A DNA stretch of 31,895 bases from Ginkgo biloba (lineage: Eukaryota > Plantae > Ginkgophyta). Below the pieces are notes generated by a model. The model was not told the origin of the DNA, searched no databases, and saw only the letters and a list, made by a program, of their open reading frames with translations. Positions 23,341-31,895 of this stretch are shown in pieces (the stretch's first letter is position 1; every line of letters starts with the position of its first letter). The position numbers were made by a program, and so were the translations under genes. Where the stretch lies: NCBI GenBank assembly GCA_024626585.2, contig JANKJI020000002.1, positions 244,491,386 to 244,523,280 on the forward strand, read 5' to 3'.

Positions 23341-24299
23341 CATTGTTGCTTCATTTTTTTATCATGCCACAAAGATCCNNNNNNNNNNNNNNNNNNNNNN
23401 NNNNNNNNNNNNNNNNNNNNNNNNNNNNNNNNNNNNNNNNNNNNNNNNNNNNNNNNNNNNNNNNNNNNNNNNNNNNNNNNNNNNNNNNNNNNNNNNNNNN
23501 NNNNNNNNNNNNNNNNNNNNNNNNNNNNNNNNNNNNNNNNNNNNNNNNNNNNNNNNNNNNNNNNNNNNNNNNNNNNNNNNNNNNNNNNNNNNNNNNNNNN
23601 NNNNNNNNNNNNNNNNNNNNNNNNNNNNNNNNNNNNNNNNNNNNNNNNNNNNNNNNNNNNNNNNNNNNNNNNNNNNNNNNNNNNNNNNNNNNNNNNNNNN
23701 NNNNNNNNNNNNNNNNNNNNNNNNNNNNNNNNNNNNNNNNNNNNNNNNNNNNNNNNNNNNNNNNNNNNNNNNNNNNNNNNNNNNNNNNNNNNNNNNNNNN
23801 NNNNNNNNNNNNNNNNNNNNNNNNNNNNNNNNNNNNNNNNNNNNNNNNNNNNNNNNNNNNNNNNNNNNNNNNNNNNNNNNNNNNNNNNNNNNNNNNNNNN
23901 NNNNNNNNNNNNNNNNNNNNNNNNNNNNNNNNNNNNNNNNNNNNNNNNNNNNNNNNNNNNNNNNNNNNNNNNNNNNNNNNNNNNNNNNNNNNNNNNNNNN
24001 NNNNNNNNNNNNNNNNNNNNNNNNNNNNNNNNNNNNNNNNNNNNNNNNNNNNNNNNNNNNNNNNNNNNNNNNNNNNNNNNNNNNNNNNNNNNNNNNNNNN
24101 NNNNNNNNNNNNNNNNNNNNNNNNNNNNNNNNNNNNNNNNNNNNNNNNNNNNNNNNNNNNNNNNNNNNNNNNNNNNNNNNNNNNNNNNNNNNNNNNNNNN
24201 NNNNNNNNNNNNNNNNNNNNNNNNNNNNNNNNNNNNNNNNNNNNNNNNNNNNNNNNNNNNNNNNNNNNNNNNNNNNNNNNNNNNNNNNNNNNNNGCAAG

Positions 24300-25620
24300 T
24301 TCATATTCATAGTTGAGCAAGACTAAAGTGTGTTTAAAATAATTGAGATTACTAAGAAAACTACATTTACTCTTTCTCAATTATCCTAGAAAGGTGCAAA
24401 CAACACTTGATGAGAAGGTATGGAAAGACAAACTAGGAGAGGACGAGGATAGTGAAGCAAGACATACAAACAAATGGTTAGGTTAATGACAAAAAGGTAT
24501 GCTCCATCAAATCATAAGATAGAAGCCTTGAGGCAATTAAATAATATAAGAGCAAATAGGAAATGTCCATGAATGCATCCAAAGTCATGTCAATACAGTG
24601 CATCATTTTATAAAAGTATTCAATTCAACATTCAAGCAAGCAATGGCATTGGACAAACTAGTCTCAGTACAAGAACATGGCAATCAAGCTCTAGAAGTAG
24701 AAGGCATTTCAAGTGGATCTGAATGTAGAAAGAAGGCTTACATGGATCTAAACATAGGAAAGGAGACCGTGGCACTAAATTCTACAAATACAGTTCTAAA
24801 GGACCCTTTCTAAGGGAGCAACATTCGCAATATAAGCTCTAAAGTAACAAGTTTTAGAAGCAATTCATTCATGGCTTTCAGGAGAGATCAAGACATAATA
24901 AACAAAATATGTACCTTATTCATGCAATCAAGGATAGTCAAGCTAAAGATTGTCCACAAACTAGAGAAAAGAAGGTGACCAATTTGTAGAAAAAAGGTAG
25001 CACTCCTTAAAGAAGAGTAGTGTCAATGGTATGCCAATTCTAGAACGATGCAAAGGAGAAGCCCAAGTGTGACATTTCTCATCATCTATATCACAATTTC
25101 AAGTGTAGAGTTATCTAACAGTAGTAATCAAAAGTCACAATGCTATTATATTATTTTATAATGGATGCACTCATGATTTTCCTATCTTCCAAGTTCACAA
25201 AAAAGAAGCAGGTGAAAACCAATCCACTTCATTATGAGCATTGAGCAACAACAGTCGATAGCAAGAGAATAAAATTATGCTACGTGTTTAAGCCTAAAGT
25301 ATCCTTTGCCATCCAAGAGTATGAAGAACAATTGAAATTTGATATTATCAAAATCAACAGGTATGATGCTATCCTTGGGCAAAAGTAGCTATGGGACAAG
25401 GATCCTCATATCCAAAATAGAAAACACGCCATCAACTTGATCCATAAAACTAAAGGCTTAGAGCTAATAAGGAATAAAGATCCCACAGTGTCTTGCTTTC
25501 AACAAAAAGGGGTGATCCACAAAAGGACAAGTCAACATTAGGTTATCTTTACTTCAGTTAAGCCAATAATGGAGTAACAAGATGAGAAAATGCAAGCCAA
25601 GGACGTGAAAACTTAACGAA
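24300..25620 (+). mobile_element. Ty3/Gypsy gag-protease remnant (chromovirus-like)
   Basis: Frameshifted knuckle YSCNQG..AKDCP near 24915-24957; protease ILFYNGCTHDF at 25148-25180 (compare LFDSGCTHxF); YDAILGQK*LWDKDPHI from 25362 (compare YDAILGxPWLxxxNPxI). Confidence 0.75.
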
Positions 25621-25621
25621 T

Positions 25622-26188
25622 TGTTTATGTACAAAAGCTACCATTACATTATCAGCTTGCGTTTGTATCCATTAAATAATGAGGGAAAGATAGAATTTCA
25701 TCCATCGCCTATGTTATGTCTATGAGAACAGAAACTAAGAATGAATTTAACATGAAGCAATTGCAAAAATAAAATAACAATGTACGAAGTAGATGCAATA
25801 ACCAACAAGGAAATCCTACCTACCCTACAACTACAACAAGAGATAAAATCCTATCTATGAGGTTGGATCAGCGCTTGATGCTAGATGGCAATCCTTCCAT
25901 CCAATGCTCTTCAAAGTCAACCAAAGCACCTTAGTCATCCATGTTTCTAAATGGAAAATTGACTATTTCATTCATTAAATTCAAAAGTATTTAATATTTA
26001 TACATCGCAAGGGGATCAAATTCCCCATAGCCTCAAATCGTTACAACATTAAGATGATCAATTTGATGATAAACTCTAATCAAAGTTGCCCACACAAGTG
26101 GCATGGGTAGCTACCTACACCATCACTATAGATAACTTACCTCCATGCTTGGTGAAGGTAAGAACTCAACTAGAGCTACCTTTAGAGT
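25622..26188 (-). mobile_element. Reverse-oriented LTR-like insertion between protease and RT
   Basis: Begins TGTTTATGTACAAAA (minus strand ...TTTTGTACATAAACA, resembling an LTR 3' end). Non-coding, and sits between protease and RT pieces. The other end probably lies in gap 26189-26416, so no TSD can be checked. Confidence 0.45.
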
Positions 26189-26416
26189 NNNNNNNNNNNN
26201 NNNNNNNNNNNNNNNNNNNNNNNNNNNNNNNNNNNNNNNNNNNNNNNNNNNNNNNNNNNNNNNNNNNNNNNNNNNNNNNNNNNNNNNNNNNNNNNNNNNN
26301 NNNNNNNNNNNNNNNNNNNNNNNNNNNNNNNNNNNNNNNNNNNNNNNNNNNNNNNNNNNNNNNNNNNNNNNNNNNNNNNNNNNNNNNNNNNNNNNNNNNN
26401 NNNNNNNNNNNNNNNN

Positions 26417-26745
26417 TTCCCAATAGAGCTTCTAGACAGTCTTCCCCCATCAACAAAAGTAGATCACATGACCCATCTAGAACCAAGTACCCAACCAGCT
26501 TATCAACTTCCTTGCAATTTGAGACACTAAAAGAGGTTCAAATGGAAGAATTGTTGCAAAAAGGATTCATCCAACCATCCAAATCTTCTTTTGATAGGAG
26601 AAGAAGGGATGGTGCAATGAGGATGTGTACTACTTATTGCTCTTCAAAAAAGGTCACATTAAAGATCAAATCCCACTTCCACAAATTGATAGTTTTTTTA
26701 ATGCAACATAAGAAGAAAGAATATGAACTAGATATCATTAAATAA
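26417..26745 (+). mobile_element. Ty3/Gypsy reverse transcriptase N-terminal remnant (chromovirus-like)
   Basis: QMEELLQKGFIQPSKSSF..RRDGAMRMCTTY...KVTLKIKSHFHKLI resembles ELLEKGFIRPSxSPW..KKDGSMRMCVDYRxLNKVTxKNKYPLPRID; internally deleted. Confidence 0.85.
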
Positions 26746-28111
26746 ATATGCTATAAATTCACAATGATGCCCTTTAGACTCATTGTTATCATCTAAGAAT
26801 ATACCCTTAATTGCATATTTAATTATTAGAGGAATACTTGTAAACATTTCAATGGCTCTTAGAAGCATATTATTACATAATATGGAGATATTAGTGATTG
26901 TATAATGATTCGGCAAGCCAACTTGTAGCCCACATAAGTTGTTCTAAGTCTCAGTAGTATCAAGTCACACATTACGAGTAATGTTGTGTTGTGATTGGGC
27001 AATCTAAACTAAGGATGAACACTAAAGCATGCATTCCAATGACATAGTACCACATTCAAAAATATTAGTCTACATGCCACCTCTCATGTAACAAAAATAC
27101 ACAACATTTAGCCACTTTGGTCCACATGCCAATTCTTGTTTGTAGTAGAGAGTGCCCACCTAGGCGTAGGGTTAATTAAGGTTAGCCCATGCTTAAAGAA
27201 TACGATGAGACTTAAGAGCTCATTCTATGATCCATCTTTGTTCTATTGTCATTATCATATTCTAAGAGTTTGAAGCACCTCTTCTTCTTCTATTTCATCT
27301 ATATTTCAATTATGACAAAGAGATTTAGGAACTTTAATACTATTACAATGAGAATTATTTCATTTAGACTAGAAGCATACCCATTCTTAGTGATCCACTC
27401 TTGTTCTTAAAGCTTTGATAGATGTGGTCACATCACCAACTACCACACAAGCTAAGAGAGAANNNNNNNNNNNNGCAACAAGGGACTATCGACTGATGCC
27501 TAGGCATCGAAGTCACTTGAAGACCATCTGACAAGCTATGACAATATTGCTCATTGGACTATTGACAAATTGTTCACATACTTTAAATTTGTTATTGGGG
27601 GTTATCGTAGGGGTTCAATACATCAACTCTCACCAACAACTACCCACTGCCCTATACAAGATTTCCTTCACTTATAAAGAGACCCCTTTTATTTTTAAGA
27701 AGACAACAAGGTTTGTTCATCATTATACTCACTACCTTATATGTGGATGATCCCCTCATACAACCTTCCCACACGATTAATGAGAATCTCTTAATGTTGC
27801 CGACTCTTGATCTCTTATTAATTTGTGTCATCTCTCTTATGTGTTTAGAATATCTTTGCAATCTCAATGTTAGTCTAGATATGTAACTCAAGAATTGTAC
27901 TCTCAAAATCTAGCACTGTTGCTAGTTTAGACTAGACATGGGGCTTCCCAATTATGAGTGGTGACAATAACCATGATAGGGATTGGCAGAGAATCGACAT
28001 GTGATGGGCATNNNNNNNNNNNNNNNNNNNNNNNNNNNNNNNNNNNNNNNNNNNNNNNNNNNNNNNNNNNNNNNNNNNNNNNNNNNNNNNNNNNNNNNNN
28101 NNNNNNNNNNN

Positions 28112-28975
28112 GAGACAGAGGGTACTGACATTTAGCGAAATGGGAAGGAAGACCCTACTTGACACTGTAATGTATGTCAGACAATTTGGATGGCCAATGG
28201 GCAGGATGATGAGAGTCACTAGTTGAGGGCAATCCTAGCAACATTGCAGGATATAGCCAATGTCAAGTATAAAGAGTTTGTAGCAGATCATTTCAAAGAC
28301 TGGAAGTCATTGCGAAAAGAATTCAAACAAGAATTCAAGTTGTTGTGGGATGATGGAGAAATCATAGATGAAATTTATAACTTGAAACAAGAGAAATGGG
28401 AGAGTGTTGATCTGCATCACACGCAATTTAAAGCATTAATGAAGAAAATGGAGTCTCAAGTAATACAAGTCTTGAAGTAGTGTTGGTTCATGTAAGGNNN
28501 NNNNNNNCATGTTACCGAACTATAAAAGAGAAAAGAAAGTTGTCCCGCCCACTTCTCATAAGGAAGTTGTCAATCGAGCATTAAAACTCGAGACGAAAGA
28601 AAAGATCGAGTCATGCCAAGGGAAGATGGCCAATGAAGATGATTAGGAACCATTCTCAATTGCAACCTTACACAAGAATAAGATGCAAATGATGCAGTCA
28701 TCAATGAACAAAAGGAAAGAAAGAAAAGAAATTATGTGTACAAAATGCAAAGCCAAAGGCCATTTGGAGAAGATTGTCCCAAGACAAGTACTATGATATT
28801 TGTGAAGTAAAAAACCATAGCACTGATGAATTAACTAAAATGCAAAGAACGAATGAAAGACATAGAATGTGTGAGTGTACGTCGCTGATGATGATGCCTC
28901 AACCCCAAAGTCGGGATGAAGGCAACAAATGTTAGGGGAATGGCTATAGGGATTTGCACTCCAATCAAAACAGAT
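28112..28975 (+). mobile_element. Ty3/Gypsy gag remnant (Retrotrans_gag-like region plus zinc knuckles)
   Basis: ORF 28223-28480 WKSLRKEFKQEF...EIYNLKQEKWESVDLHHTQF matches the W..L...F...F / L.Q...ESV..Y..RF gag pattern. CTKCKAKGH..(frameshift)EDCP and YDICEVKNHSTDE knuckles at about 28737-28830. Confidence 0.8.
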
Positions 28976-30101
28976 TGTTGTTATCAAAATGTAGGTCCCA
29001 GGGTCGGAACCCACGATGGCAACAAGTGTTGCAATCTAGTGTTTGTAATTCATCATGCGTTAAATGTAGAAGATCAAAATAGCAATACGATTCACAAATT
29101 AGGAATGCATCGTGAAAACTCAAAATATAGGGTACAAACATCATTAACTACTTCAAGAATGATAGTACGTAGCATTAAATGCTAGGGCATAGCCTTTCAC
29201 ATTAAACCCTAACACCTAAGCTCAATTTTGACAATGAATAGTATTTATTACATTCAGCTCTCACACTCAAAGGAGGTTTTCTCTCTCTCCTATATATAGC
29301 TTTTCTCTCTTCATTAATGATATGACNNNNNNNNNNNNNNNNNNNNNNNNNNNNNNTTAATTGCAACTGCATTAAGGTGCATTTATGGCACTGCCTTCGT
29401 TTTGTCCTTAAGTACAGATTTATAAGTAATAAATGCACCTAATTTTAACCCTAAGTCGACTTTGACCAAGTTTCACCACATCATAATTGTTGTTGACGTC
29501 ACTTTTTAGTACCTTAAGTCAACTAATAACATTGACCAGGTTTGACCGTGTCATAAGTGAGCCCCAACGTTGGTTGACATCATCGTTTATGCCCTGAATT
29601 AGGTCGGTTGTACTTTAGCATTACATGCAATTGTACCTAATCATTCAATGAGATTGTCCTTAGTATTTATTGTGATTTTCTATAGGATTTTGACCAACGA
29701 CTTTTGACTATCTTTGACCAATGGTTTAATTACCTTTGACCAACAAATTTATGTTGCTAACGTCATCATTTGAACTGCCACGTCATGCTTTTAACTGCCA
29801 TGTCATTATTTGGATCTTTAACCAATGATATACAGTTGTTTTGACTGGTTTTGACCTTCCTTAAGGCAATTTTGCTCCTTCTAAGGTGGTTTTGACCTGT
29901 ATTAAGGCAATTGTGACATGTCTTAAGGCAATGTTACCTCTTCAAGGTAGTGTTGACCTACCTTAAGGCAATTTTGACCTACCGAAGATGGTTTTGACTC
30001 GATTTCATCTTCTATTACGCAATGTGCCCGTCTATGGATGTCGCACCATCGTTTGTTGTCATCTCATGGTCTTCCAGGTGTTTGACTCCTTTGACTGCCA
30101 C
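28976..30101 (-). mobile_element. Reverse-oriented LTR-like insertion inside the gag of the 28.1-31.9 kb element
   Basis: Starts TGTTGTTATCAAAAT (minus strand ...ATTTTGATAACAACA). Contains a CTATATATAG TATA-like box between CT-rich tracts at about 29290 and many ttgacc repeats. Runs into gap 30102-30547. Confidence 0.5.
29851..29998 (+). repeat. Degenerate minisatellite of about 21 bp, roughly 7 copies
   Basis: Recurrent unit close to TTTGACCTNCCTTAAGGCAAT arranged head to tail with no unique spacers. Confidence 0.7.
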
Positions 30102-30547
30102 NNNNNNNNNNNNNNNNNNNNNNNNNNNNNNNNNNNNNNNNNNNNNNNNNNNNNNNNNNNNNNNNNNNNNNNNNNNNNNNNNNNNNNNNNNNNNNNNNNN
30201 NNNNNNNNNNNNNNNNNNNNNNNNNNNNNNNNNNNNNNNNNNNNNNNNNNNNNNNNNNNNNNNNNNNNNNNNNNNNNNNNNNNNNNNNNNNNNNNNNNNN
30301 NNNNNNNNNNNNNNNNNNNNNNNNNNNNNNNNNNNNNNNNNNNNNNNNNNNNNNNNNNNNNNNNNNNNNNNNNNNNNNNNNNNNNNNNNNNNNNNNNNNN
30401 NNNNNNNNNNNNNNNNNNNNNNNNNNNNNNNNNNNNNNNNNNNNNNNNNNNNNNNNNNNNNNNNNNNNNNNNNNNNNNNNNNNNNNNNNNNNNNNNNNNN
30501 NNNNNNNNNNNNNNNNNNNNNNNNNNNNNNNNNNNNNNNNNNNNNNN

Positions 30548-31895
30548 GGTACCTACCAATCGAACCAAGGTGGACAATAATAAAATGGAGAATATGGACA
30601 ATAAAGAGAATGTGAACCAAGTGAAATCACCTCATACTAACTTGGCAAAACAAGTCCTACAGATGGAAGTTCCAACGAAATTGGCCACTTTGATTGTAGT
30701 CATCCCAACTATGATGAAAACATTGGCTCACAAGTGCAGGCAAGAGCACAAAGGGTGACTCCAACATCTACACGACCAACGATCATAGCCAAATGCATGA
30801 TAATGTGGAAGCCAATTGAAAATGATGCAGTTATGGATCCAATAAGTGGACTCCCTCTAAATTAGAGAAGATCGTGCAACAAAGATTATCATAAAGCTAA
30901 TGGATTGAGAGTTGATGCAAACCATTGTGGACAACGAATCAAGAGTAAATATTCTTTTCAAAGCCATATGGCAGCAACTTGGCCAACCAACACTTTGGGC
31001 AATGAAATTTTGATTAACAATGGCGAACCAGAGATGAGTGGAGCCATGAGGCTTGCTAATGAGTCAAGCTATTCACATTTCTAGCACCATCTTATGTTGT
31101 GCTACCATACAACCATAGTTAAGGCAGCCACAAGTGATTCAACATTTGGGAAGAGATACCTTATCAATTAAAGATAATGGTAAAAGGCTTTGTGATGATT
31201 GAGGAATCAAATGGTGATCAAAGAACTCACATCGAGTTTTAGCTCGAATGATGAAGATGAAGATGTAAAGATGGAGGGAAGTTCGCCTCCAAAGGAAGTG
31301 TACCATTTGATGATACCCCATGTAAGCCAACTAAATATGGTGTGTTGGTGCTAGATCCATGTTCAGAGAACAATGTCCTTTCAGATAACGATCTATTGCA
31401 TTAGAAACTAGGGGAGTATGAAATGTTGTCTCATCGATGTTTCCAAGTAGATATTGATTAGCAAGGGGAAAAGGATCCGAAAACTATTGTAGATAGTGTA
31501 CAATATAGTTCGAAGGACAAGCAGCAAAAGGGGGGATGATGTTAGCTAAACCAAACACTTGTCTGCCAGACTTCTCGAAATTATGGTTCAGAGAAAAAAG
31601 ACGAAGGTGACACCAACACATAGAGGAAAACCCTCAGAAGATCATAATTAGGAGCTCCAGGGACCTAACACATTCTTAAAGAATATAAGGATGTCTTTGC
31701 ATGGACTTACCACGATTTGAAGGGAGTCCCTCGAGAATTATGCAAACATTGAATCGATCTTTTACCAAATGCCAAGCCAAGCGACGACTATACCTCATGA
31801 ACCTAAAGTACGCAGCACAAGTTGAATAGGGGATTATGAAGATGCTCGACATAGGAATAATTTTCAAAGTAGAATGGTAAGCTACATATTTGTGT
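30548..31895 (+). mobile_element. Ty3/Gypsy protease to RT N-terminus remnant (Athila/Tat-like, non-chromoviral)
   Basis: TIVDNESRVNIL at 30921-30956 (compare xIVDGGSGVNIL). EYKDVFAWTYHDLKGVPRELCKH*IDLLPNAKP from 31681, then MNLKYAAQVE*GIMKMLDIGII, the typical pre-RT segment. Continues past the window end. Confidence 0.88.

Noticed and set aside
29851-29998. Possible CRISPR-like array
   Set aside because: Head-to-tail degenerate units with no unique spacers, no cas genes, and a eukaryotic TE context.
31526-31545. AAAAGGGGGGATGATGTTAG resembling a PPT plus LTR start
   Set aside because: Lies within the protease-RT linker, and pol-like coding (EENPQKIII, EYKDVFAW) continues after it.

Overview
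Eukaryotic, AT-rich draft-assembly DNA with many N gaps. The style is that of a large-genome land plant, probably a gymnosperm; this is an inference from the very long, TE-filled introns and the heavily decayed Ty3/Gypsy remnants. The only host gene I can support is a minus-strand SYP7-family Qc-SNARE (SYP71-like syntaxin of plants). Three of its coding exons are visible: 19940-20108, 19670-19755 and the terminal 16-nt exon 4284-4299. A probable 3'UTR intron follows at 3843-4249. The exons for most of the SNARE motif and the transmembrane anchor are not in the called sequence and probably lie in gaps. The N-terminal exons are not seen between 20109 and the window end. The rest is layered transposon debris: several Ty3/Gypsy gag/protease/RT remnants, two of them interrupted by reverse-oriented LTR-like inserts, an L1 LINE ORF1 (DUF4283) fragment, two diverged tandem LTR-like copies, and a 256-bp hAT-type MITE with a perfect 8-bp target-site duplication. 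Most ORF-track entries are gap artefacts or TE fragments. I found no convincing new biological system; the findings are gene-structure and TE-architecture observations of modest interest. Protein family calls are from remembered motifs, not database searches.
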